DNA of 64,000 bases from Octopus sinensis (taxonomy: Eukaryota), in assembly GCF_006345805.1 (NCBI RefSeq), contig NC_043000.1, positions 151,342,001 to 151,406,000 of the forward strand, written 5' to 3'. Below the pieces are notes generated by a model. The model ran no database searches. It was not told the DNA's origin and saw only the letters and a list, made by a program, of their open reading frames with translations. Below, piece by piece: positions 1 through 13,991 of this stretch (the first letter of the stretch is position 1; every line of letters starts with the position of its first letter). The position numbers were made by a program, and so were the translations under genes.

Positions 1-267
1 TAAAAATGTCTACGATGAGTCAACGATTTAAAAAAAAATTTACCATCATTTTTTTTTTCCATTTTTAATGCATTTTTTTCGCTATTATATAAGGGAAGTA
101 ACTCTCTAAAAATGTCTACGATGAGTCAACGAATTAAAAAAAAATTTACTATAATTTTTTTTCCATTTTTAATGCATTTTTTTCTATTTTTTTTTCTATA
201 ACTCTCTAAAAATGCTTATATAGTTATTTCCCTTACAAACCCGAGCAACGCCGGGCGATACTGCTAG
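1..267 (+). mobile_element. Non-autonomous Helitron-like element, 3' part (runs off window start), with internal ~106-bp tandem repeat
   Basis: Ends CCCGAGCAACGCCGGG hairpin + CGATACTG-CTAG|T at 267; the same end occurs at 10935 and, reversed, at 25704; AAAAATGTCTACGATGAGTCAACG repeats at 2 and 108. Confidence 0.75.
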
Positions 268-501
268 TAAAATATAAAAAAACAAAATGACCCAGTTTCA
301 ATTCCTGTTGTGACCATTTCACTTCGCAATGAACGTCTCTCTTGCTTTCTCTCATTGTGCTTATATTAGATGCTGTCCAGGGACATCCAAATGCGTATGT
401 GACGTGGGAGACAGCCAGACAGAGAAAGTTTCCATGGGACATTTATAGGAGGTAAAGCTTGCCAGGTTACATTTCCAATAGAATGAAGATATAACAATAT
501 G

Positions 502-670
502 ATTTACTTGTTCCTTCACCCCGTCTACATTAGCCGGAAGTGATAGGACGAGAACAACATTTCCTCTAGACGTTACTTTATTTACTTCCCTCCCATGTCA
601 GCTTTAGCCGGAAGTGATGAGGTTACAGCAACATTGCTCCTAGATGTCGCTTTGATTTACTCCCCTCTTC
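502..670. repeat. Degenerate ~76-bp tandem repeat (about 2.2 units), each unit with TTAGCCGGAAGTGAT
   Basis: ATTTACT unit starts at 502, 580 and 655; AGCCGGAAGTGA and CCTAGA/TCTAGA are kept in both full units. Confidence 0.65.
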
Positions 671-1149
671 TTAATCAATAGTCAAGGAAAATGATGGAAC
701 TTAAGTAGTAAGAAACCCAACAGAGGAACGGTAGGAACACATTTTTGACTCGCATAGAATTCTTCTCCAAGGAGAATAAATTTTGACGTCACAACCAATT
801 TCAAATCTCGTTTCCGTTGCATTAAGCCAACAATAGTGTTATCATGCAGCTACGATAAGGCGAAATTTGAAGATTCAAGTGCTATTTAGCTGATTAAATT
901 ACATTGTTAACTCTCTCATTAGCTCGTAAGCGGACAATAGAATGCGATGAATGGGTGAAAATGGTCAACAATATAAAATCCGTGGTCTTCCATAGAGAAT
1001 AGTAATAAAGGAATATATAGAAGAATTACTAGTCAAAACATTCTCAACAGCACTAGTTGTATTGATATCTGTTATTCTCAGTAGTGATAGAAACGCTGAG
1101 AGTTAGCACTAAATCTACCATATCCTTCTTAGTCGGTATCGAAATCAAT

Positions 1150-1360
1150 TCGATGAAAACGAGCCGACGTGGGCCTTCAATATGTTGGCGCTTTACACAG
1201 TAGGATTAGCAGCTAAACTTTCTTTCGATCACAACCTGCATCGTATCTCAAGAAGGACGCATTAAATACAATGTCTGAATAAGAAAGACAGAATGGTCAC
1301 GGTTAGAACGTCTTTGGTCATAGGCCTGCCCGATAAGAGCTGGCTTGAGACTCAGCAACT
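1150..1360 (+). mobile_element. Old diverged SINE-like repeat, 3' portion
   Basis: GAATGGTCACGGTTAGAACGTCTTTGGTCATAGGCCTGC matches reverse copies at ~28110-28190 and ~34440-34510. Confidence 0.5.
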
Positions 1361-1540
1361 GCAATATCAAAGCTGAGTGGAAATCTATTTACTGTAGCGT
1401 TTAGCTACAGTAAATTTTGTAGAGGCATATTATGGTAATGTCTGAACTGGTAATGCAGGAAAAAGCATTTGTTAGTAATTAGTAAAAAGCAATGGCAGCT
1501 ACGCTTGGCTGTAAGGTTGAACATAGATACAGCAGGAAAT

Positions 1541-1542
<2 letters not shown>

Positions 1543-1606
<64 letters not shown>

Positions 1607-1928
1607 AGAGAGAGAGAGTGAGAGATTGACACATTGCAGAATAGGACACGACACTGTGTACAAGCTCTGCCGATTACTGTACTAATGGAGCATGAAACTG
1701 AAAGTAGCTCACATTCAAATCCCATGTTTATGAAATTATATACATGTGTGTGTGTGTGTGTGGGTGTGCATTTACATATTTATGCATGTACAAGGTTTCA
1801 CTTTCACTTTACCAATTTCTCCAAAATTAATCAAATAAATACTAGCAAAGGATTCAGATCGATTCATTCAATTGTAACAATATCTATATAAATTACACCT
1901 GCTTAGTCTCGTTCACTCCTTTTCTTCC

Positions 1929-1991
<63 letters not shown>

Positions 1992-2153
1992 CTCTATCTT
2001 ACTTTCTTTCTTTCTTTCACTATCTCTCTCCCTCTCTGTCTATATATCTGCCCACCTATCTATCTATCCACCCACCCATCCATCCATCCATCCATCCATC
2101 TATCCGTCCATCCATCCATCCAACAAACCATCCATTCTCTCTCTCTGTCTCTA

Positions 2154-2226
<73 letters not shown>

Positions 2227-2231
2227 GTCTG

Positions 2232-2282
<51 letters not shown>

Positions 2283-2398
2283 CTATCTCATATATATACA
2301 TACATTCATGTGTGTGTAGCTTAGAGAGATTTTGCATGCCTAAGTCATTACTGAAGTCAGATATCATATATGATATGATATGAGATTATATCGTAGTG

Positions 2399-2430
<32 letters not shown>
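1543..2430. repeat. Microsatellite cluster (GT)n, (GA)n, (TTTC)n, (CCAT)n, (TCTA)n
   Basis: Directly visible arrays. Confidence 0.95.
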
Positions 2431-2431
<1 letters not shown>

Positions 2432-3064
2432 TATCACTGTATACGTGTTGTGTGCGTTTATATCTGCATCTGTGTAAACGTCGTATGTGTGTGTACATGC
2501 GTGGCATGTACGAACGATTTGTCATTAGGATTAGAGTGTAAACTGGTTCTTGCTGCACTGGACATCCACGTTCGACCTGTAATAGATTCCAGTCACTTAT
2601 CAACATCAATATCCAAACACAATTAATCAGTTGCCACTAGAGTTTGTTATGCTTTATGCATCCATGTGATAATGAGGAGGACTATCTCATGAGAAACGTG
2701 GCTTCTATAGCCTCCTTAATCTCCCGCACGCAAACGCCATCTAAACGTAACCTAGATACCTAGACACGCCAGACTTCCACAGCTTTGCTTTCATGAAGCA
2801 AAAACCTTGAAAACATCTGCCAACACTAGTCTGCTTCAACGATCCCTACATATATTATAGAAACAGCCCTGTACTATACTCTACACGTTCTCTGCATAAA
2901 TAGCATACAGTTAAGACCCCCTTAATACTAGATCTCATAATCTTTGATGAAATATCATGATGACTTTACGTTATAACATTTCCAAAACATCTCTGTGACT
3001 TTTCTTCAAAACCAGGAAATATAACAGGTTTGGAACACTTGAAATGGTATTTCTGTTACATATC

Positions 3065-3834
3065 TATTTCTTTACTACCCACAAGGGGCTAAACACACAG
3101 GGGACAAACAAGGACAGACAAACGGATTAAGTCGATTACATCGACTCCAGTGCGTAACTGGTACTTATTTAATCGACCCCGAAAGGATGAAAGTCAAAGT
3201 CGACCTCGGCGGAATTTGAACTCAGAACGCAACGGCAGACGAAATACCTATTTCTTTACTACCCACAAGGGGCTAAACACAGGGAGGACAAACAAGGACA
3301 GACAAACGGATTAAGTCGATTACATCGACCCCAATGCGTAAATGGTATTTAATTTATCGACCCCGAATGGATGAAAAGCAAAGTCGACCTCGGCGGAATT
3401 TGAACTCACAACGTAACGGCAGACGAAACACCTATTTCTTTACTACCCACAAGGGCCTAAACACAGAGGGGACAAACAAGGGCAGACAAACGGATTAAGT
3501 CGATCATATCGACCCCAGGGTATAACTGGTACTTATCTAATCGACCCCGAAAGGATGAAAGGCAAAGTCGACCTCGGCGGAATTTGAACTCAGAACGTAA
3601 CGGCAGACGAATACCTATTTCTTTATTACCCACAAGGGGCTAAACACAGAGGGGATAAACAAGGATTAAGTCGATTACGTCGACCCCAGGGTATAACTGG
3701 TACTTATCTAATCGACCCCGAAAGGATGAAAGGCAAAGTCGACCTCAGCGGAATTTGAACTCGTAACGTAACGGCAGACGTTATACGGCTACGCATTTCG
3801 CCCGGCGTGCTAATGTTTTTGCCAGCTCGCCGCC
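3065..3834 (-). mobile_element. tRNA-derived Deu/Nin-domain-type SINE: one head plus four tandem ~184-bp bodies
   Basis: Units start at 3065, 3249, 3433 and 3616; head GGCGGCGAGCTGGC at 3834; B-box-like GAGTTCAAATTCC; core GCCTTTCATCCTTTCGGGGTCGATAAA resembles the Deu/Nin domain; candidate TSD TTACATA(T/C)C. Confidence 0.85.
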
Positions 3835-4522
3835 TTTACATACCCTTTATCAGTCTATCCTTTTTGAGGGACATCCTCCTCGTCCACATTATTCTTTATA
3901 TGTAATAAACATACAGATTTTTTTTTTAAATTCAAAGTGAATATGAACTGTATCAATCTCACCATCCTGGGAGAGTTTGTAAAGTTCATAGGCGCTGCAC
4001 TTCCTCTTCTGTGGATTAAATGTTTGAAAATGCCACAAGTAACAAAAAAAAACAAACAAACAAACAAAACTGGGTTTCGGTTGAGGTCGAGTTGCTAGGT
4101 TTTTTGCATGAGAAGTGGCTTGTCAAGGTTGAAAAGAGTGAGAACTGGTCTTTTTTTCTCTCCAACGAAACCCTCATGATCTCTTTCAAGTAGCACTTAA
4201 AAAAGTGAGTTGAATACGGAGAGAGGAGTCTTGCCGTTGGGCATATTTTTATGTTAAACAATGACAAGTTTGAAGGAGTTCACTAGATCGGCCCTTTAAT
4301 TTTGAGTATAGGTTAGAGCAAAGAAAAAAAAATGGAAACTTGCTAAAAGGAGTCGGAATTTTAAGATGCATTGATCCTCCCCAGGAGGTTATTCCCTTTC
4401 TTCTGAGGTTTTACATGTGCGTGTGCATGCATACTGTACATATACACATATATATACACCCACACGAGCACACACACACACACATATGTATGTATATACA
4501 TAAATGTACTTATATATATTTA

Positions 4523-4579
<57 letters not shown>

Positions 4580-4584
4580 GTCTA

Positions 4585-4663
<79 letters not shown>

Positions 4664-4894
4664 GTCTGTCTATCTATCTGTCGGCCTGTTGTCTGTCTGT
4701 CTATACATAAACGTATCTATATATGTGGGTAGGTGCATGTGTGAGTAAGTGTATATGTGCATTTATATATATTTTTAAGAATTTTATACTTATATATATT
4801 TTATACACATTTTGGAACCATATTTTCGCACTTGTTTGCTCTTTTTGTGTTTTCCTTTCACTTTATAAAAAAAAAACCCAAAGACATAGGATAA

Positions 4895-4899
4895 CAATG

Positions 4900-4932
<33 letters not shown>

Positions 4933-5003
4933 GTAATAGTAATAATAATAATAATAATAATAAATAATGACAAATAATAATAATAATAATAATAATAATA
5001 GTA

Positions 5004-5044
<41 letters not shown>

Positions 5045-5049
5045 TGACA

Positions 5050-5081
<32 letters not shown>

Positions 5082-5120
5082 TAATGACAAATAATAATAA
5101 TAATAATAATAATAATAGTA

Positions 5121-5158
<38 letters not shown>

Positions 5159-5181
5159 TGACAAATAATAAAATAATAATA

Positions 5182-5215
<34 letters not shown>
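4895..5215. repeat. (AAT)n array with higher-order interruptions (AGTAATAGT, AAATAATGACAA)
   Basis: The interruptions recur about three times here and again at 6138-6185. Confidence 0.9.
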
Positions 5216-5218
<3 letters not shown>

Positions 5219-5731
5219 TGATCTTAACTGATTGGAAGTGTTATCATGTACATTGTTTTGTCTTGGTAAAAAAGATGGGCTACAGCAAATATTCTGCTCA
5301 ATACCACAGATTTGCTTGTCACTTGTTTGACCATAACCAGTTGAGCATGTCCCTTAGTGGCTGACGATATGTGCATCTCTGATCACGAGCAGAAGTAGTG
5401 GGGGAGCATCATGCCATGTGTTGAGAGGGATTCTTTGGGGTTGAATAATTCACCTCTGGAAACATGGGTGGTTCTTTCAACATCCTTAAACAACCTTATC
5501 CAGGGACCGTTTGAGCGGGATGGGCTACTCAACCTGAAGAAAATTCTAACTGGGCCCCACCTGCAAGGTCATGTGCTGTTTATCTTGATATGAGATCACC
5601 ATGTCGCGCACATATGGTTGTGATGCATGTGCCTGGTGTGCCTTTATCAGACGGGTAGTCATGATGGGTATATTGGGCTTCGTATATTTTACCCCAGTGT
5701 CACTTTGATGGCATGAACTGCTCTCTCACTC
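5216..5731 (+). mobile_element. (AAT)n-flanked ~550-bp non-coding retroposon, 5'-truncated copy
   Basis: Close match to 6288-6845 and to the reverse copy at 44213-44770; ends CTCTCACTC-(AAT)n. Confidence 0.8.
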
Positions 5732-5757
5732 AATAATAATAATAATAGTAATAGTAA

Positions 5758-6137
5758 AGGGGTAAAGACCCCCTTCGGTCATGAGTGACCATGGGTTTGC
5801 ACCTAGAGAGTTACCATCTGAGGCACAAGTCTGGGCAAGGTTGTTTTATGGAAGACCAGTAGTCGCCCCATTGCATACCGGCCTCCCCTCTCCACGCCAC
5901 CAGTGTTATCCAAGGGAAAGACAAAGGTCGATACAGCTTGGCACCTGTGACGTCGCAACTCATTTCTACAGCTGAGTGAACTGGAGCAACGTGAAATAAA
6001 GTGTCTTGCTCAAGAACACAGCACGCAGCCCGGTCCGGGATTCGAGCTCACAACCTCACGATCGTAAGCTCGACGCTCTAACCACTGAGCCATGCGCCTT
6101 CACGCATGGTAAGCCATGCGCCTTCACGCCTTCACGC
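5758..6137 (-). mobile_element. tRNA-derived SINE (second family) with 14-bp TSD and stuttered 5' end
   Basis: Minus strand has A box TGGCTCAGTGG and B-box-like GCTCGAATCC; TSD AATAGTAATAGTAA at 5744-5757 and 6138-6151; GCCATGCGCCTTCACG is duplicated at the head. Confidence 0.85.
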
Positions 6138-6178
6138 AATAGTAATAGTAATAATAATAATAATAATAAATAATGACA

Positions 6179-6261
<83 letters not shown>

Positions 6262-6267
6262 TGATGA

Positions 6268-6846
6268 TGCAGTACCAGGCAGTGGCTCTCATGCCCTGAT
6301 GCAGTACCAGGCAGTGGCTCTCATGGCTTCTGATCTTAACTGATTGGAAGTGTTATCATGTGCATTGTTTTGTCTTGGTATAAAAGATGGGCTACAGCAA
6401 ATATTCTGCTCAATACCACAGATTTGCTTGTCACTTGTTTGACCTTAACCAGTTGAGCATGTCCCTTAGTGGCTGACGATATGTGCATCTCTGATCACGA
6501 GCAGAAGTAGTGGGGGAGCATCATAGCCATGTGTTGAGAGGGATTCTTTGGGGTTTGAATAATTCACCTCTGGAAACATGGGTGTTTCGTTCAACATCCT
6601 TAAGCAACCCTTATTCAGGGACCTTTTGAGCGGGATGGGTTGCTCAAACTGAAGAAAATTCTAACTGGGCCCCACCTGCAAGGTCATGTGCTGTTTATCT
6701 TGATATGAGATCACCATGTCACGCACATATGGTTGTGATGCATGTGCCTGGTGTACCCTTATCAGACGGGTAGTCATGATGGGTATACTGGGCTTCGTAT
6801 ATTTTACCCCAGTGTCACTTTGATGGCATGCGCTGCTCTCTTACTC

Positions 6847-6889
<43 letters not shown>

Positions 6890-6991
6890 GTGCCTGGTGT
6901 ACCCTTATCAGACGGGTAGTCATGATGGGTACATTGGGCTTCGTATATTTTACCCCACTGTCACTTTGATGGCATGAACTGCTCTCTCACT
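6268..6991 (+). mobile_element. Full (AAT)n-flanked retroposon with duplicated 5' end, plus an extra 3'-terminal ~100-bp copy (6889-6991)
   Basis: GATGCAGTACCAGGCAGTGGCTCTCATG occurs twice at the start; the 3' end is repeated after an (AAT)n run. Confidence 0.8.
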
Positions 6992-7044
6992 CAATAATAA
7001 TAATAATAATAATAATAATATAATAATAATAATAATAATAATGC

Positions 7045-7176
7045 TCCTTTCTACTGGAAACACAAGGCCTCAAATTTTTGGGGAAGGGATTAAGTCGATT
7101 ACACTGACCCCAGTACGTAACTGGTACTTATTAAATCGACCCCGAAAGGACGAAAGGCAAAGTCAACTACAGCGGG

Positions 7177-7235
<59 letters not shown>

Positions 7236-7720
7236 AAATGTTTGTAACATGGGCACAAGACCAGAAATATTGAAGGAGAGGGTCTGTTAATTATGTCAGC
7301 CCTAGATCTTGAATAGTTCTTTATTATATTGACCCTTGAGGAATGAAAGCCAGAAAGTTGACAAAATGACTGTTCTCTTTTCTAGTTCTTTACATTCAAA
7401 GTTCAAATCCTGCTGAAGTCAACTTTGTCTTTCGGGGCTCGATAAAACAAAGTACTAGTCTAAATACTAGGGTGAATGGTATAGACTTACCCTTCCCTTC
7501 AAGATTGCTGGTCTTGTGCCTAAATTAGAAACCATTGGTAGCCGCATAAGTGCGTCGGACAAAATGGCTTACGGTATTTAGTTTCAGTTGTTTACGTTCT
7601 AAATTCTTCCGAAGTCAACTTTGCCTTTCATCTTTTCGGGGATCGATAAAAGAGAGTACCAGTCAAGTACTGAGATTGACTATTCCCCTCCCCTCAAAAC
7701 AGCCGGTCTTTTACCTAAAT
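7045..7720. mobile_element. Several degraded Deu/Nin-type SINE fragments
   Basis: GTCGATTACACTGACCCCAGTACGTAACTGGTAC at ~7095 and AGTTCAAATCCTGCTGAAGTCAACTTTG at ~7400. Confidence 0.6.
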
Positions 7721-8329
7721 TAGAAACAACTGTCGTTATCGTCATGTTGTTGTTGTTGATGCTGCTGCTGCTATTCGGAATGAGTATCTTAAGAATAACC
7801 AAATTATCGACCAATTCTGCAGAATCAGCTTCTCTTGAAGAATGGTGTAAACGTTTCATCTTGATTCTATTTTTTTTATCACCACTATTTCTCATGCTCT
7901 TTTTCCATGGAACATTTTCACGTCAGAAATTATTGCTAGTTGTATGGTTTAGAAGTTCGTTTTGCAATAACGTGGCTTCGGGTTCAATCTCACTGAGCGG
8001 CATTTGGAGTTAGTGTCTTCTACAATAAGCTCGTGCACACCAATGCTTCGAGAGATAATTTTTAGTAGATGGAGATAGTACGGAAGTCTGTCATGCACGC
8101 GTATCCGTGTGTGCTCGTGCGCGCGTTTTTGTTTGTCTCTTATCGCATAATAACCAGTGTTGGTTTTGCTCACATCATTGTAACTTAGCGGTTCGACATG
8201 ACAACCTGATATAATAACTATCAGACTTTAAAATAAGTACTGAGGTCGATTTGCTTGACTATATTACTCCCTTAAATTTCTAACATCGTTCCTGTGCGTA
8301 AAAACCAAAAAAAAAAACAGAAAACAATA

Positions 8330-9815
<1,486 letters not shown>

Positions 9816-10153
9816 AATTTTGTGTTGGAGGCAGTGCAAAAATGTTCTCGCCAATACTTTCGTTGAAGGTTTTCTATGCATTGTACTAACGAAATTTTTG
9901 ATCTTTCAAATTTTTTTGATATTCTCACAAATAACAATTTTAGGAAACATGGCATGATTTCACATGGAGATGAAATAATAAAAGTACCCTTCCTACTATA
10001 GTCGCAAGGTCAGCAATTCTGTTAAAGTGGGGCTAGTCGATTATATCAAATACGGTGTTCAACTAGTACTTAGTTTATCGATTCCGAAGGATGAAAAGCA
10101 AAGTCGACCTCGGTGAAATTTGAACTCAGAGCGTTAAAAGTAGGCGAAATATA

Positions 10154-10384
10154 TATTTCTTTACTACCCACAAGGGGCTAAACACAGAGAGGACAAACAA
10201 GGACAGACGGACGGATTAAGTTGATTATATCGACCCCAGTGCGTAACTGGTACTTATTTAATCAACCCCGAAAGGATGAAAGGCAAAGTCGACCTCGGCG
10301 GAATTTGAACTCAGAACGTAGCGCCAGACGAAATACTGCCAAGCATTTCGCCCAGCGTGCTAACGCTTCTGCCAGCTCGCCGCC
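10154..10384 (-). mobile_element. Deu/Nin-type SINE, full length, joined to an older partial copy (~10020-10153)
   Basis: Same consensus as 3065-3834. Confidence 0.85.
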
Positions 10385-10571
10385 TTTGAGAAGTAGTAAT
10401 AATCTTCAATAAGCACAACCAGTTCGCTACCCGCCGCTTTGCTGACAGGAAAAAAAGAAATTTTAAATTTAAATTGATTGTGCATTAAAATATCTACTTT
10501 TAATATAGATCAATTCAGATTAATTACAGAGTTTTTGAAAGAATTAGAAGCTTAAAATAATCATTACTAAT

Positions 10572-10935
10572 TTCTTCTATATAAACGGCAGTTGTCTGTG
10601 CGTTTTAGTGTCTGTTTTCTCGTACCCTCACCCTGACACGGCTTTCAACCGATTCTGATGAACTTGACACACACATAGCCCAATGTCATAATTCAAAATT
10701 AACGCAGCGAAAATTTGAAAGTTCCCCCAGTTCTGAAAAAAATCGATAAATTCGACATGGGTCGAGAATCAGAAACCCAAACCACAGACCGTCTAGGGAC
10801 GCAACCACCTTTTTTAACTAAAAAATTTACCATCATTTTTTTTTCCATGTTTTTGCTATTTTTTTGGCTATAACTCAAAAATGCTTTATAGTTATTTCCC
10901 TTACAAACCTGAGCAACGCCGGGCGATACTGCTAG
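10572..10935 (+). mobile_element. Non-autonomous Helitron-like element
   Basis: 5' TCTATATAAACGGCAGTTGTCTGTG; 3' GAGCAACGCCGGGCGATACTG-CTAG|T. Confidence 0.7.
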
Positions 10936-11542
10936 TTCGCTATAAAGCCGGCAAATATTCTTTGGTTTGTTTGATCGCCACTCTGCTGATATTAATATAT
11001 AATTGTTCGTGTGAGAACGCTGGAGCTGAAAAGCACAAACCACACCTCCTTTAACTTTGTCGTCGACTTATTTATCTCCCTGACAAAACCAGGCCTTATA
11101 GAAAATTGAGTCTTTTTAGAGTGGGTGGTGAATCGATGTTAGACAGCGAAAAGAGCTTTACGGAATCATTGGCACCCTTTCCTGACGATGCACATGCGAA
11201 TTCAGTGAATAACTTGAATATATTCACTGTTGTCGGTTTTTTTTTTTTTTTTTTGTTCAACAGGTGGAAAATTGCCAGAGACGTTATAGCGTCAAGCAGA
11301 ATACCTCTTGGTATTTGTTCCGATTCTCTACGCTCTGAGTTCGAACCCCACCCAAGTTCATTTTACTTTTCATCCTTTGAGGGTCGATAAAAAAAGTATC
11401 CATTTAGGGCACTGAAAGTGAAAGACCGATTGACTATATACCTTAAGTGATTTGTTCCATTTCCTTGCCTTTTGAATTCAAATCCCAGCTCAACCTACTT
11501 GGAAGGTAAACTTAATCCGTCGTCCGGTTTAATACCAGTCTT

Positions 11543-11580
11543 GCAATACCCATTACACCATCAGGTGTAATGGGTATTGC
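11543..11580. other. Perfect 17-bp inverted repeat with 4-nt loop
   Basis: GCAATACCCATTACACC-ATCA-GGTGTAATGGGTATTGC. Confidence 0.95.
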
Positions 11581-13879
11581 TTTCTCTCCTGATTTAAAAG
11601 ATAGAAAAAGCAAATTACGGGAGATCACCATCTAAACGGGTGACAGATGAACAGGAAACACGACTCTTATTGTAATATAGATTGAGGATATAAAAGGGGA
11701 CTAGATTTTGAGTATCACTAGTCTCTGTCATATTAACCTGTTGAATCAAAATAAGGACGTACTTAGGGCATTAAAGGAAGGGAGAGCACCACAGAAATGA
11801 TAAATAGTTTACAAAACACACACACACAGAAAGATCACTTTAAACTTGCTAAAACAATATTCGAAGTGGTTTATATGGTCAGAAATATAACTTCGAGCTG
11901 TTTATAGTGTCATAGTGAGGATTTAATCAAAGACATTTGCAATGACAAAAAAAGGTAGGAAAAAACTTATCAAATACAAAGTGAAAGTAAACAAAAATAA
12001 ACATTGTTTTTTAACTTATTGCCAGTTTTACTTCATTTTGAAATATAAAATTTCATTTTGTGGTTTATTATTGTTTCTATATTGAATTACATATATATAT
12101 GGGAACACCAAAATCTTTTAAGTGCTTAGGGCTTTTATGGGTCTTAATTAGGTCCTGCTTGTGGTATTTCTTCCAGCTATTTACGTTCCGATTTCAGATC
12201 CCGATATGGTCATATTTGCCTTTCTTCCTTTCAGTGTGGATAAAATAAAGCACCGGTCATAAACTAGGGTCGATGGATTCAACTTACCCACTTCTACTAA
12301 ATTTCTGTCTTCGTGTCTGTGATACAAATACTAGAATATGGATCAGTAGAATTATTACTTTAAATTCTGGATTTAAATCCCACCGAATTCAACTTTGACT
12401 TTCATCCCTGAGGAATCGATAAAATAAAGACCAGCCAAGTCCCTGGCGTCGATTTTATTCACTTACCCGCCCATGAAATTCCTAGCTTTGTAATCATATT
12501 AAAAAGACATAATTACTATGCGTTGTAAATAACACCCTTTCACCAACTGAGCATAAATTATATTTTCTATGGCTGATTTTTCTTTCATACTTCTGTGGTC
12601 AATGAAATAAGTACCAGTTACTTTCGGGGTCGATATAATTGATTGTGACTTTGCCCCAGCGTTAGAAATCCATTTTTTACTATAGGGTGTTTTTACTCTC
12701 AAATAGTCTTATTGATTCGTGTATGGTTGGTTTTGTGCCAATATTATCAGCAGATGGTAGAAATTTTGCCCGGTGGTATTGCGTTATGGTTCGCCTTGTT
12801 CTGTGTTCAAATTCCCCCTGCGTTCAATGGCTGTTTATCCCTTCAGGCTCAACAAAATGAATCGGGATTTTATGATGTTTTATCTGAGCAAACAAACACA
12901 CACACACATACACACATACACACACACATCAATATTAATCATACATATTTAATTATATACGTTTAAAAATGTGTATGTAGTAATACGTATGTATTAATAT
13001 GTGTATGACTTTAGTGTTTATCATTGTGCAGCAACCAAGTTAATGAGATATTTTTCCTAAAATTAGATTGGCGGAAATTTGTCATTATTTCTAATGATAA
13101 TTGAATATTTTCAGAAATCGTTTGTTTATTTGCACATATACAAATAAACTTTGATGGGTTCATTAATTGTTGTTTGTTTCTGCTAATTCTAAATTACTTC
13201 TTTTTTTTATCATGACAAATAAATAACGTTTGATATTTTGAATATTTAGACATAAAACATTGAACTGGATACAGTGAAACAACTACATTGCAGCTTACTG
13301 TTTCACTGAAATATACTCTCTCCTCTCCTTATTATAAAAATGGCTTCTAACATCATCCTAAAACCTAGTAATTTTCAGGGAATTGTAAATAGTAAAATGT
13401 AATATTCATACGTTTTGTAATGACATTAACTGACGTAAGTGAAGTGAGCTGGCTTAAACCAATAATCAAAATTTAATTATCGTAAAACTCTGAAAAATAC
13501 TCTGATTGTACGCAGTTAAAATTTGTAAATTATTTTATTTAGCTATAATACTACCAACGAGATTAGGAAAGCGGAGGAAAATGTTCAACGAAATAAAAGC
13601 ATGGCGATTATTTTCTTGTTTACCTCAAAACCAAAGTTAGGGCAAACTGCCAGTTATATATTTAATCAGTTTATTTTAAATCAGTTTTAACTCATTTAAA
13701 TAGAATGATGACAACTATTTTAAACTGCACAGAGTTTTATGCAAGCATTTCCTGTTTGATGTCTAAATAGCATAAATTGCAGAACATACATACACACATA
13801 CATACATGCGCACACGCACACAGACACACACAAAGATACATAGTATATACATATATACATACATTTATATACATACGAT

Positions 13880-13956
13880 GAGCTTCTTTCAGTTTTCCCC
13901 TACTAAATCCATCACAAGGCTTTGGTCGGCCCGAGGCTATAGTAGAAAACACTTGC
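13880..13956 (-). mobile_element. CORE-type SINE fragment, inverted relative to the copy starting at ~14072
   Basis: CACAAGGCTTTGGTCGGCCCGAGGCTATAGTAGAAAACACTTGC is the reverse complement of the start of the 14072 copy. Confidence 0.8.
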
Positions 13957-13960
13957 ATAT

Positions 13961-13964
<4 letters not shown>

Positions 13965-13991
<27 letters not shown>

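Noticed and set aside
3065-3834. Regularly spaced repeats resembling a CRISPR array
   Set aside because: The whole 184-bp unit repeats, there are no unique spacers, and the context is eukaryotic SINE.
5758-6137. tRNA-like A/B boxes here and at 40013, 50543 and 52543
   Set aside because: No cloverleaf or acceptor stem; these are SINE heads, not tRNA genes.
6288-6360. Possible HDV-like ribozyme at the 5' end of the (AAT)n element, as known for R2/R4 elements
   Set aside because: By eye I found no P1 pairing or L3 consensus; a structure-descriptor search would be needed to exclude it.
7621-8013. 130-aa ORF with a hydrophobic stretch
   Set aside because: Built from SINE remnants and (GTT/GCT)n.
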